The notes under the pieces: generated by a model | Seen by the model: the letters and a program-made list of their open reading frames with translations, nothing else | Databases searched by the model: none | Told to the model about the DNA's origin: nothing | Position numbers and translations under genes: made by a program | Shown: one piece after another, positions 50,101 to 61,680 of the stretch | Position numbering within the stretch: position 1 is the first letter of the stretch | How the letters are laid out: every line of letters starts with the position of its first letter | NCBI GenBank assembly: GCA_002633005.1 | Contig: NMRA01000095.1 | Coordinates: 487,901-551,900, forward strand | From: Phoronis australis | Lineage: Eukaryota; Animalia; Phoronida | Direction of reading: 5' to 3' | DNA: 64,000 nucleotides

Positions 50101-53100
50101 CAAATCTGTTGACAGAGCACGGGACCGCATGCATAAACTTCTTGACGATGCCTTTCCGTTGTCTGCCAAGAAAAGGTACCATTGATGTTTCGTAGTCAAC
50201 CCACCATCTTGTAAAATTGAATTGTTTTCGTTGTGCTCCCTATCAGTCAAACTAAGCAGTTGTTACAACGAGTAGTGAAAGATTCAATTTGCATGATTTT
50301 AAAAATATTCACTTTTGCATGCGCCCACCCAACCTAAAAAATGGGGAGGCTCGAATTTTTGAGAATGTGGACCTTTTACTAAGATTCACTGGGTACATTC
50401 AGAGCTATGAATTGTGCATCCTTCAAATTTTGGTAGTTCCTGCCTTTTTAGTGGTCTTTTGTCTCATTTTCTGCTCTTTTGGAGTTTTTGTTTCTCTGAG
50501 GCAGACCTTTTTGCCCACTTTGCTCAAACGAGCCCCCCCCCCCTCCGTGGGTGCGTGCATGTTTTGTGCTTAATGTCTGCTGGATGTGTTTCGCATGTGT
50601 TTTTGGCATTTAGTTACCTATCAATGTTTTGCTTGTGTCCATTTTTTAACTTATAGCCACTGAAAACGACAGTTCTTTGTATTAATATATAAAATGGCCA
50701 CCGGAGGACAAACCCCTGCTTTGTAAAACCATAATAACTTGTAGTAGTTGGGTTTGCTCTGTTTGTTTTTGTGAGGCACTGAAAACACGTCTCTATATTC
50801 GCCATTTACATGTTGCTTCAACGTCTTCCAAACAATTTTCATAAGCTCATTAATTTGTGAAATGCTGAATAGCAAATCACACCATGCAATATTTTCCATA
50901 GCTTTGAAGTCCAAGACTTTAACTACTACAAAATGCTTGGCTTGTCCATATTGATTTATGGATTCAAAACGATTATTTTAATACCACAGGAATAAAGTTG
51001 GCCCCAAACTAACTCATGTCTTGCCTAAAAATACTGATGCTCGTAGCAGACGACGGGGAGGATCATCTAAGGGTACGCCTAACACTTCAGACTGGTGAGT
51101 CTCATTTTCTAAAAGAATGCCTAACACTTCAGACTGGTGAATCTCATTTTCTAATGGCACGCCTAACACTTCAAACTGTTGAGTCTCATTCAGTCTGTCA
51201 GTTTTCTTCTACTGCGGTAAAATCTCACAAATTTAGGGCACAACATGGCAGACATGTAAAATTTATGTTTTCACCTTTCTTCGTAAAAGGTAAATTGCAC
51301 AAATAGTGGCATGTATACCATATCTACCACTGGACAATGTATTGAGAAAGTACGGGCATTCACGGCGATGTTGGGATAATTTGAAAATGAAAGAAGGTAA
51401 ATTTTGGAAATTATTTTTGTCCAAAATTAGTGAGATTTTACCATAGAACAACTTGAGTGTGGTCGGCACTTTTCAATCCTAGTTTAAAGCTGCGCTTCCC
51501 ATTCTGCTGAATTGTGAAATATTGAGAAACTTGATATTTGAGTCTAACAAACTGGATGTTGAAATGTCCTGGCCATGATGGTATTATTTTTATCATTTGT
51601 TTGAAACTTAGAGACAACCTGCACTTGAATTAAACCAGTGAGATTTTGATAGACCTAGCCAGACGTTTGATCTTTTAATAAAAAATTACTTGTAAGTTGA
51701 CTTTGTGCCAATAGAAGTTCATGGTAAGGGAATTTTTTAAGGTTGAGTTTGTTGGGGCGATTTGCCCAGTTTTGTTTTTTGTCAGGGAACTAAAACAAAG
51801 AGAAATGCAGTTTTAAATTGCTGTCAAATCTGCACGTAACACTGCTTACTTCATCGTAGCTTTTTTTCCATTTCTGGGAAATTACAAGAATAATTGCTTT
51901 GGCTGGCTTTTATGTCGCCGTGTTTGGCTTAGTCTTGTCAGGTCATCCAGGTCAACCAGCTGAAACATCTGATTGGTTTGCGAGCCGCACGTCATCGTTT
52001 GGAACCAATCAAATATTGAGGAAGGTTGACTTGATACGGTTGACCCAGCAAGGCCAGTAACTGTAATCCGGCTCAAGAAAGTGAATAATGTCAACACACC
52101 TTCAGTGGTTTCCATATGCATTGCAGGACGGACGGTCATTCAGATGGGCAGGACAAGTTGTTCATCAAGAACAACCCTTTGCTGAGGTGGAATCCTAATG
52201 AATACAAAAGTGACAGAAGCGACAAAGGTAAAAAAAATCAACGGTGTTACAGTAAAAAGTCTTCAGTTTGGGACGTAAATTGCTGTATCTTTTTTCAGAG
52301 GCTCACCACATTGTTGCAAATGCTCAAACTTTTACCAAGTGTTGTTTGCCAATAGCTACGCCATACAAACCAGGCTTAAAGCGTGCGGAGAAATGTGACG
52401 AAATGAAATTTCACCTGTCTACCTATTGTGTCCCAAAATGAAGAATTCTTAGGGTACAAGACACAAATGTGTCCATTATTTCTGACACTAGAAATTTATA
52501 TTTTTTAATCAAATATTTTCAGTAGTTGGTACAGATGTTTTGTTAACTACGTTTAAGTCTATATCGTCAGTGAGTGTCAGGTGTCTTTCTGTGACATTTT
52601 TGTGACTCAAGAGTGACATAGGTAACCATAGGGAAATAAATCCTTCTTGAGAAATCATCCTCTAAAACATGGCATCTCATGATGAGACTTTACTATGTTC
52701 CATCTGCAAGGCTCAACAGGGAAGCAAGCGAGCTGTCAACGGAATAAATAGAGCGACTGATCACGTTAGCATTGTTAAAGGTTACCACCATTGATAAATA
52801 AGGATGGGCAAGAAACGGAATTTGATTCTATACCCTGTCAGAGATTTATGGTAAAAATTGTCCAATTTGAAACAGTCTGTTGAATTTGGGACATGGAAAC
52901 TCCCGGAAAAAGCAATTTTTTTTATTCTGGAATTTTAACAAGGGCGATTTTGGCATTCACCATATTTCTCAAATTTTGGACAATGTGTTTTCAATCTACA
53001 GAGTGGGCAGTTTTGTCATATTTCTGATGATCCTTGAATTTGGGACGGCCAATAGTGTGTATTTCTAGAATTTGGGACAAGCTCTGACATTGACCTAAGT

Positions 53101-55037
53101 ATTGAATTTTTCACTGTCCCAAATTGGAGTTTGAAAATGTGTCGCTGATACTGAGTTTCGATATGCGGATCTCTTTATTATTTTTAAAGTCATTCCTGTA
53201 TGAAGGGGTGACCTAGAATATTTTGAATAGTAAACAGAAGGTTTTTATGTGGGTAGTAAATCGTGGCATTTTCAATTCATGTCTATTTTGTTGCGTTATG
53301 CATTAAATCATGACTGGGGTATGGTTTAATACCCCATTTAGATTGTACAATAATCGAGTTCAAGTTGCTCCAGAAAGAGATTATCCTGGCTTTTGTCGCA
53401 AGTTGTTCTCAAACAAAGTTACTTTAATTGACACTACGCTGAGTAGATACTCTCTGTGATGGTTTTACACCGAGTTCTGCAGCAAACGTCGTCAACCTGT
53501 GTGTGTTTCCTTTTAGAATCGTCTGGTCCCAAGCACACTCCTCTTATTGTGACCTCTGGGTCAAAGGGGAAAGAAGAGGTCAACGGTGTCATGTGGAGTC
53601 CCTACACAGCAGGGGATGAGATAGCAAGACTGTCTCCTACTAAGGAGCCTGTGAGTAACTGTTTCACCATTTTGAATTGTTTATCCCACTAATGCAGAGA
53701 CATGAAAGGCTCTTTACCAAAATAACGTCATGCAAGGCAGTTGTGCAAAGAATGTTTTGTGTCCTTTTTCATCAGTTGTTTCCATTGGTGAATATATCTT
53801 TAAAGTTAAGCTTGACGGTCTATTGTATGTTGGGGGTTCATGACTCTGATTAAAGCATTGAAATGAAACCTGGTATGTTATGTGTTCATACTATGCATTT
53901 AATGCCATTCCATGCCAGCCAGTCAGTCGAAATTTGAATATAAACAGCCATTTGGTTTTTGGTTTTGGGATTCAAAAAATTACCCAAGTTACAACCGCAC
54001 TGCATCAATAAAAAAACAAAATCAAATAAAGCCTTGTACTCTTGCTAAGTCAGTCTCATAGTATTCCGTGCCCTGATAGGATTCTATTTCCATCACCAAC
54101 TCGAGGGTTGCAGGTGAAAACATTCTTGTTGGTAACGGAAATAGAATGCTATTGCAGTAAGGAATATTATGAGGCCAATTTAACCAAATAACAGGGAACA
54201 ATGCTGGTTTTAAGTTAGTAACAATATGTGTTTGCAATCAGGAACGTGTTTTGTATACTTGAAGCCTGTACACATTGTATTGTTCTTCTGCAGGGTTACA
54301 TTCCCGGGGGTTTACAGACCTCGCCAAATAACACACTACACCACACACCACCCTCGTCCATACGTCCAACGCCTCCTGTTCATGAGCCCCCCGTACCCGT
54401 TGTCATGCAGACAGGCTACATGTTTGGCAACCCCCCGGAGGGTGACCGATACTCCAGTGTCGTCATGAGCACACGAATGTTTGACTCTGCGGCGGCGGAC
54501 CGACCGCGTGTTCCTACACCTCCTCAGTCGCGATCATTCACGCCTCCTGTGAGAGACGTTCGACGATCCTTTGTGCCATTAAAAACTTTGCCAGTGACTT
54601 CACTGAATAAAACCCCACCCAGTGTGATGAGCCATTCAGGTCCTCTGACTCATAATCCACGACTTGGAACATTGAACCAATCCGCTGCATTGACACATAA
54701 CCCAAGGACTCATCTTGGAGTGAGTAGCCTAGCCTCACATTCCAGCACCAGTTGGAAGCCGCAAGACTATGGTGCCTTTTCATCCCCTGTTACTGCATCG
54801 CGACACCCCGACACAAAACAGACTCCCGTTGAGAGTATTGAAATGCAAGAATCATTTCAACCTAGGACTTCTAGTCAACTGGACATGTCTTATAAGGAAG
54901 ACAGGGATGAAGTAGATGTCATCCGTAACACTGTGACGCCATCCACATCACAGCCTCTAATGAAGTCAATAAGACAGGAATTGATGAGGCTTGCTAACAG
55001 ATCTACTCCTGTGCAGGAGTTCCGTCCATCGCCATAG
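20120..55037 (+). CDS. Giant mucin-like type I membrane protein of the KIAA1549/KIAA1549L (UPF0606/DUF3827) family, about 4,844 aa
   Basis: Exons 20120-20207 (signal peptide MWWSGIAWILFVCMSHLKLGLS), 27070-27210, 29524-41280, 42401-42663, 43358-43532 (or its duplicate 43727-43901), 44264-44475 (TM), 44739-44884, 46040-46188, 46884-47050, 47842-47941, 48806-48899, 49654-49750, 50057-50175, 51047-51094, 52127-52227, 53517-53650 and 54294-55037. All are GT-AG with compatible phases and sum to 14,535 nt. Motifs resembling human KIAA1549 as I recall it: VVMVNIRRLE..LTYYIV..LGLKLGYYV, LWII, KADIERWRNKQR, DIDRTLG..LPAVF, ARDRMHKLLDDAF and LMKSIRQELMRLA. AATAAA at 55860-55865. Confidence 0.8.
26128..26253 (-). 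mobile_element. tRNA-derived SINE
   Basis: The minus strand reads gaggaggcagtgtggcctagtgtg (A box)...ggttcgagtccc (B box)...ctagacccttgagtcagg...cagcttggttttaac, the same family as 14060-14186. Confidence 0.8.
28046..28145. repeat. Short inverted-repeat (MITE-like) element
   Basis: atagtcactta..ttgagaaccagtt / aactggttctcaaa..taagtgactat. A similar hairpin core lies at 19581-19644. Confidence 0.6.
28390..28575. mobile_element. MITE, CATGCGCGCACCCAG family, 5-bp TSD ctttt
   Basis: TIRs catgcgcgcacccag / ctgggtacgcccatg, gagccc subterminal motifs, and ctttt on both flanks. Confidence 0.8.
29524..41280 (+). CDS. 11,757-nt internal exon encoding the Ser/Thr-rich mucin ectodomain (3,919 codons)
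   Basis: Uninterrupted ORF from acceptor ttttcag| (29523) to donor ctg|gtgagt (41280/41281), phase 1 at both ends. Dominated by S/T/A, with many N-X-S/T sequons. Confidence 0.92.
31920..33790 (+). repeat. Coding VNTR: 69-nt (23-aa) unit SSDLIPTETSNTSASLLSSTASP, roughly 27 copies
   Basis: gttctgatctgatacctacagaa recurs with a 69-nt period. The variant unit at 32461 recurs at 32875, giving a 414-nt (six-unit) higher-order duplication. Confidence 0.9.
39060..40520 (+). repeat. Coding VNTR: 138-nt (46-aa) unit IISTPSTTTSIGLSTSLLETSANTDPSVTTSSTNITSTEPDTSSSN, 10 near-identical copies plus a partial one
   Basis: Unit starts fall every 138 nt from 39060 to 40440, with degenerate copies on both flanks. 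Confidence 0.95.
42901..43025. repeat. 30-bp intronic minisatellite, 4 copies
   Basis: Unit tacatcggagtgtatgaacacgcaacactt. Confidence 0.95.
43176..43912 (+). repeat. 369-bp direct duplication containing an exon, joined at an N
   Basis: 43176-43543 and 43545-43912 are nearly identical, with about 3 substitutions seen and an n at 43544. Confidence 0.9.
44264..44475 (+). CDS. Transmembrane exon of the KIAA1549-like gene
   Basis: LWIIGAAIGGFVFLVIVLWLILFIYF (44299-44376) is followed by basic RMCRNR; splice sites cag| and |gtttgt. Confidence 0.9.
45423..45647. mobile_element. Degenerate MITE, possibly PIF/Harbinger-like
   Basis: Imperfect inverted ends ggcctattccaagaa / ttcttggaacgggcc, with internal cttaag motifs. 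Confidence 0.45.
49734..49904 (+). repeat. Minisatellite of about 41 bp, 4 copies, overlapping an exon 3' end
   Basis: Unit gggatg(g)gagttattcggtaggtgtttgtacagttgtgtt; the first copy includes the donor at 49751. Confidence 0.85.
50318..50561. mobile_element. MITE, CATGCGCGCACCCAG family, 5-bp TSD ttttg
   Basis: TIRs catgcgcccaccca / tgggtgcgtgcatg, with ttttg on both flanks. Confidence 0.8.
51075..51190 (+). repeat. 42-bp minisatellite, 3 copies, overlapping the donor of a 48-nt exon
   Basis: Unit acgcctaacacttcagactggtgagtctcattttctaa starts at 51075, 51117 and 51159. Confidence 0.9.
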
Positions 55038-56856
55038 CGATGATAATATGCATATTGCCATAGCAACAACATAGGTATCTCTTCTCACTCTATCTCAATA
55101 ATCCGTCCCATAACTGAGTGAGAAATGAAGGATGTATTTCCATGAAAACAGAAGATGTGTTTTATTTCATCCTCTGTATATTACACTTTTTTCAAAAGAA
55201 GTCTCATGTATAGATGCAGGTCACAATATATATATTTTTTGTTTTATGGCTTCACTTCTGTGCTATTCGTGATCATCAGTCCTGCATTTTTAATTTTATT
55301 TCTGTTGTTCAACTCAATTTTATACTACTATATGAAATGTCCTTATGAATCTTTAGTGTACCTCACTGTGTATAATGTTTGTTTCTTGCCATTCCCTCTT
55401 ATAGCTTGGCCAATCAATTTTTCACTGCAAAATATTTTTACCGTAGTGCCATATTTTGCAATGTTTACTTGTAGTTTCTTATCACTGCGAAGTATTGTAT
55501 TTTACTGTGTAGTGTACTCTAGTGTATGTATTTAGCCGTCTTGGTAGCTGTTTGGTTTGGCCTTAATTTAGTACATTGCTGTTTGCATAATTGCTTGAAA
55601 TCTTGACAGGTATTTGTTGCTGAAATGTTTAATTACAAGTTTGAGGATCAGTAGATGGTGAGGTAGTGTGGAGCATGGGAGGTATGAAAGGTATGTGATC
55701 TATTTATTGTATTGCGTGTTATGATGGCTTGCAAAACATTACTGTAATATTGTGATGATCTGTTGATAATTAGGTTCTTAATGAAAACATTAGGTTCGTT
55801 TTTAAGCATTCTTCCATGGAGATGAATGTCATGTTATTGTTATTTTTATAAAGTTGACAAATAAATCAATCATAATTTAGGACTCAATGGTGGTCGTATT
55901 TATTACTATATTGACAGTAGTGTTGGATTTAGATTGACAAAAGCGTTTATAAAANCCATCCCTGCATCGGTCTCTAGAAATCCACCTGTGCGAAGGAGAC
56001 CATGTAAAGGTAGCGTTCACTCTATTCGGCACTCCTGGTTACGATTTACGCCCGTTCAGGCGTACTAGTGGTAGCTGCTCAACTTCGTCCTTCCCGGTCT
56101 CCACCAAGCTTCACGAAATACTGGACAGCGAATTTGGTCGTGAAGAGATACCACACATTGGGTCTTTGTTCGTTATCGTGGAATCAGGGTCCCTAGTAGA
56201 TAATTGCTCGTTTCTTGCTATTTCACACAAACGGTAGGACTGGGCGTTTAACAATAGAGCCAGATTTTGTTGCCCGTTGTCTGGAAAACCTACCAGACGA
56301 CGACAGGTCGTAATGCAACAATTGGGAGTGGTTCTACGTCAGTACATAACGCCAGTAGACGTGAATAAAATACCACAGTTTACGTATTTGCATGGCCGTC
56401 GGTCTTTCTGTATCTTGTTATCTTTCTGCTACTCGTTGAAAAGATTTCCTGGACATTAAAATTGCTGTCATCCGGAGACTACCACGGCATTTCCACCAGC
56501 TCTGTATCAGGAAAAACGTTTTACAGGGATATTACCTCATGTGGTCTTGGTTGTGAGAGTTTGTCTGCTAGAGTTCTAGCTATTTGAGAATCTGTTTCCA
56601 AAAATCTTGAGTGAAATAATCTCTGGTAATATTGTCGTCATCAATACGTGATTTTAGGCAAGTGTGCGGGGATTTGAATTATAGAATTTGCGATGTATCA
56701 GTAGATGTCAATTGTTAGTTAACACCTACTGTTTTCGAATGTCAGTATAGTCTAATATCAATGAGTGTAGATAAAACGAACAAATTAACTCTAATACGAT
56801 ATTACCCAGACAATCCCACCGTAAGCAATGGTTGATTTGGTATATCTTACGTTTGT

Positions 56857-56999
56857 GTATGTACGTATGTATATACTTGGTTGATGGCACGGTTGTACTT
56901 TTTGCTAGACAGCTTAATTTGTACTGGCTCTATGTATGTATATGTTTGTATGAATGTATGTATGTTTGTATGTATGTACGTACGTGCGTTTGTGTGTAT
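56857..56999. repeat. Degenerate (TATG)n microsatellite
   Basis: Runs of tatgtatg and gtatgt. Confidence 0.7.
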
Positions 57000-57566
57000 C
57001 GGGATAAACCAAATCAACCACTGCTTATATTGGGATTGTTTGGCTAATATCGTATTAGAAAGTTTACTTTATTCGTTGTTTTTTCTACACTCCTTTGAAA
57101 CTCCTTTGAAAGGAGGCGTTTGTTTCTTTCGCTTATGTCAAATGTTCCGAAACTAGACCTGTAACCAGCAGTTTGTACACGTGTGTCACCGGGACTACGA
57201 TACTGGAGTCCCATGTTAGTGAATGTACTCGAGGGGTTCAGTTTCGGACGGGTTCTTTTAGTTTCATTCTTTTATATCAATTGTTTATCCCGAAACTGAA
57301 ACCGTTACACAATTCAACTCGACTTGTGTTGGCGGGTCTTCAGTGACACCTGTAAGCGTATGGTTCAATGAGGCTCGCTTCAATGTGCCTGTCAGAATGC
57401 ATCCTGAGATTATATTTTTGAGCATTTATTTAGTACTCAAACACAGACAAACGAGCACTGAAACTGAACCGGAAGTATTACGAAATATAAGTTGATGTTA
57501 ACTGCTTTCCCAGTCTCTCACATTCACCCCGGGTCACTATATTTTCAGTCTTCTTTGTGAACAGAA

Positions 57567-57712
57567 CAGAGGCGGATTTACGAGGTTTAANCAAAAATAA
57601 AAATTACAAAAAATGTCGCCAGGTAAACGAAATCAGCTACAAAAACAAAGAAAATTTGAACAGGAAGGCGGAAATCCTAACCCCCCTTACTGAAAACGTT
57701 GATCTGCCACTG
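57567..57712. mobile_element. MITE, CAG(A/T)GGCGGAT family, interrupted by an assembly N
   Basis: Ends cagaggcggattta / gatctgccactg, a 3' part similar to 8600-8638, and an n at 57591. Confidence 0.65.
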
Positions 57713-60020
57713 AAAAAACATGGGGTCCACCGACCGTTGAAAATTTGCAATTGGCAGTTTTTTGGAAAATATTTTTTTCAATTTTGTAACATTCAAATAT
57801 TTATGTTTTTAGTAAACTAAAATATGGAAAGCCGACATTTCAGTTTGACAAATCTGGCATTCTGTGTGATACTCCGGCAATATTTTTGATTGCCAGTCAT
57901 ACAATTTACATAAATTTGAACATTACGCCGGCCATTTTTCACTAAATTGACTTCCCAGATTACACGTACGGAAATGTGCAACTTCGAACTTGCATCGAAC
58001 CTTTTCCATTTGTAAAATACACCAGTAATAGAAGAGGTGGCAATGTCAAAGTAAAATTCTAAAAGTTCATGATCACCGACAAGTCAGATTTGGGTCAGGC
58101 TAACAAGGGCATTAGCCTGTCGGGAAGAGTGTTTCAACGGGATAGCCTCTCGTTGCTTGTCTCGGCAGAACCCGTGTACCGTCAGGGAAATTCCAGGCTT
58201 TTTGTTAAACTGGCAATTTTCACTATGCAAGCAAAAGATAAGAAGATGGTGACGTCAGCCATGACTTGATCTCGAATTCATGGAATTTGACTGATCCTTG
58301 TTGGCAAGATTAATCGAGCCCCAGTTCTCAAGCTTTGCAATTAATTCGATCGGGGTGGTGAGCTTTATTCAAGGTTCAACTCTAAGCACGGCTGCGATAT
58401 GACGCGGGGATCCGCAACGTGTTGATTTTGATCAGGGACAATATTGGCCTAGTTGTCTTGACAACGATTTCAAAAGAAAACTGCCGGCTTTGCTTCGTGA
58501 AGAAAACAGATAGTCAGCTTGAATTATCACATTAGTGACCCGGCAGCAATCTTGAAACATTGCACAATACCGGGTTACCAGGAAGTAAATTTCATTTTAC
58601 TTCGTTACCCAACGAATGTTCGTGACAAATAACGTCTGCTTCCACAATTTTGTGTGCCCGCCCACGAGCGAAGTTCAGTTGAAGTACACGATTTCAGCTT
58701 ATGGACGATATGATTGCGTTTCCTGTATTTAAAACAAGTTTTACTGCGCTTTTGCCACTTTTCTCTAATGGCGGACTGCGTGACAAGTTCATATCACTCA
58801 GATGACAAAATCAACTCAAAACCCGAAGTGCTGGTTGATCCCGACGGACACCACCGATTTAATTCCAAAGCGCTGCATGCTTTGTTCGCACAATGCTCTC
58901 TTCTGTTTTTTAAAAAACAATTGAACCGCAAGATTGGGAAGGTTAAACGCCTGGTTATAAGCCTGCATTCCTAACAAGAACTGCGGAACATTTGTTTTAT
59001 CGTCATAAAATTTGTCTTTGTTTGTTCCTTTACTTAGCTTAAAACCGATTCTTGCCTTTGCAAGGAACTGACAGTTCGTCATTCGCTGAGAACATACTTG
59101 ACAAAGTAAGATGACACGCCGTGACAAACCAACTATAACCGTTGAATCTTGGTCTAAAGCAATAACGAATTGTCAGTTCATAAACCCTGAAATCAGTCCG
59201 GCAAATTAGACTAAGGAACAGTTTAATACCCATTTCATAACCGTAAGGGGACTGGACTTGATCAAACGTTGTTTGGTGATGTAAAGTGAGTTTATAAAGA
59301 CACATGTTGCAATGAACTGTGCAGTTTAGCAGACAGAAGGGGTCCAAAGTATTCGTTCTCAAGGCATTGTAACACAAGCCGAGAATCTTAACAAATTCAC
59401 AATAGTTTGCGACTGTTCGAGCCACCCACAACAGCCACAACTAATTGGTGGACACGAAACGAAACCAAAACCAGACAAATGAAAACAATTTCCTCCTTGT
59501 TTAAGTTTCGCAAAGCGGAGCTAAATCTTGTTCACTATATACGGCAGAGTAACTGATCCCGCTGGTTCCCTGAGTGCATGTCCAATACAGGACTAGAGAG
59601 TAACTGATAAGGACTCCAACCGTGCGAGCATTGGCGATTCGTAATCAAATCACAAAAGCACAAATTACGGATTTTGTCTCTGATCACAGCTTATAACATC
59701 AAAAAGATTAATAACATATTCAACAGAAATCTAAAATTGCGTTTTCGGACAGGCGATAACATTCATTTAATCATATTTCCGGTTCACTCATTCTATTACG
59801 TCAGGGTAAGAAGTTTTTATATGCGCTGACTGTACGTGAAGCGATACCGAAGTTAGTTTACAGTGAAACAACACGTGTAGGTGCGATTATGACAAACTAA
59901 ACTACTACAGATATCGATAAATACAAAAGTTACATAATATGTTGAGCTGTACAGGTGGGTGACAATCTGCCAGACAACCAGCATTATGAGAGGTACAATG
60001 AAGCAAAGAGGGTACACTGG

Positions 60021-60273
60021 CATGCGTGCACCGAAGGGGGCTCGGGGGGGCTCGAAACGAGCCCCCCATTTGGCGATGTGGACAAAAAGGTCCACCTCTC
60101 CGAGAAAACGAGACAATAAGTCCACTCGAAAAAGCGCAAACACACAATTCGCAGCTCTGGACATGGTACCCCGTTTTTTTGTTAGTTCTTCTGCTGCTTT
60201 TGGCGGTAAAAGGTTCACATCGTCGGAAATTCGAGCCCCCATATTAAAGGCTTAAAGGCTGGGTGCGCGCATG
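60021..60273. mobile_element. MITE, CATGCGCGCACCCAG family, opposite orientation
   Basis: catgcgtgcacc..gggggctcg / aggctgggtgcgcgcatg; no clean TSD. Confidence 0.75.
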
Positions 60274-60879
60274 GGGTATACACAATTGTGTTGAGAACTT
60301 GGAAGATAAGTAACAATATGCGGAAACAAAATAGCAACACCAGCCTCTCGTTCAGTAACGCTAGGACCTCGCTAAAAAGCAAGACTTCGCGAGATTACGT
60401 GAGATATTGCCGTGCATTTTAAATGAGAGCACGTGACTTTGACTAGGTTTTAGCTAGGTCCTAGCGTAGGTCCTAGCGTCTACTGAACGCACGCCGGGAC
60501 AGCGACATGGGAAAATTGAGTGTAAACAGGAAAGGAAAGAAAATTGGTTTGAGGGAGGGAGGGAAATAGAAATTGATTGAAAACTTGAAACTTTAGTGCA
60601 GAGAATTGTGAAAGATGGACCAATGAGATTAATACAACTAGAGTTGAAGTCACGTGGTTTTCGTTGAGCGGAGTGGTCCGCCATCTTGCTGATGAACCAT
60701 GTTATCTGGAGATGCGTGTGTACTGTGTAGTATCTAGGAACAAATATTGGTAACAACAGGAGATATCAAGTACAACCTTATAGCTTTTATGTTAGGATCA
60801 TCAAGTGCAAACTAGGATTTTTTGAAAATCATCCAAGAAAATCATTGCATACTTGAGCACAGAATTAAAAGGTCTTTAG

Positions 60880-61115
60880 CATGCGAGCACCCAGCCTACA
60901 ATATGACGTCGTGTGGACCTTTTGCTAACAAAAGAGCGGGCGGACTAAAAAAAAACAAAAAAACGGGAGTACCACTGTGAAGTGCGCGTTTAAGATTATT
61001 TAGTCCCATTTTCTTGGACATTTTGTCTCTCAGGGGCGGACTTTCTTGCCCACTTCCTCAAATGGGTGGCTCGTTCGAGCCCCCCGAGCCCCCCCCCCCC
61101 CTGGGTGCGCGCATG
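60880..61115. mobile_element. MITE, CATGCGCGCACCCAG family, 5-bp TSD tttag
   Basis: TIRs catgcgagcacccag / ctgggtgcgcgcatg, with tttag on both flanks. Confidence 0.85.
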
Positions 61116-61680
61116 TTTAGTTATCAGCAGAAAACATAAAAAAATAGAAAAGAAAATTTGATTTCTAGTATAAAGATTAGACCCAGAATCAATGATATAA
61201 TTTTTGGTCTTGCGAGGTTTAAAAATTGAAACTGAAATAAAATGATTTTGTGGGTGAGAATCCGATCGCAGAAACAATTATTCAACTTCATTTGGTCCCT
61301 AGAACACCACTTAAGTCGATGTTTCATGGTCTTTTACTTGACTTTCCTTCTTAGTCTGATATATCTGTAAGGGTTTAGTGACCAAGATATCTGTTGTTTT
61401 CAAGCAACGACGAAACACAAAAAGTGACTACAAGATTAATAGTTGTGCATTTTTACAGAGTGGACACCAATTCGAAGATTTAATAAGATAGCTAGGTTAC
61501 TAAGAATAGAACAGGATCGAAGGAAGGGATACCCCAAGAATGCTACACTCCACAAAATTATATTGAGACGGCAGATGGGTTGTTTTTGTAGATTTCAAGA
61601 GATGGGACAAATGTTCTGTAGCCTGGCAAGCTATTAAAATCTGCAACTGTCTTACTAGAGGAAAACCATCATTTTTATAT

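Noticed and set aside
51930-52060. Candidate extra exon in the KIAA1549-like gene
   Set aside because: The required phase hits a stop codon within a few codons, and the model is complete without it.
55155-55535. Hydrophobic 126-aa ORF
   Set aside because: It lies in the T-rich 3' UTR of the KIAA1549-like gene, and base composition explains the hydrophobicity.
56113-56281. Possible minus-strand terminal exon (ttttccag|..NGQQNLALLLNAQSYRLCE..SSIS*)
   Set aside because: I recognise no homology, find no linked upstream exons, and it lies close to an assembly N.
59853-60255. Overlapping ORFs of 73-129 aa
   Set aside because: They arise from the GC-rich MITE at 60021-60273 and show no protein motifs.
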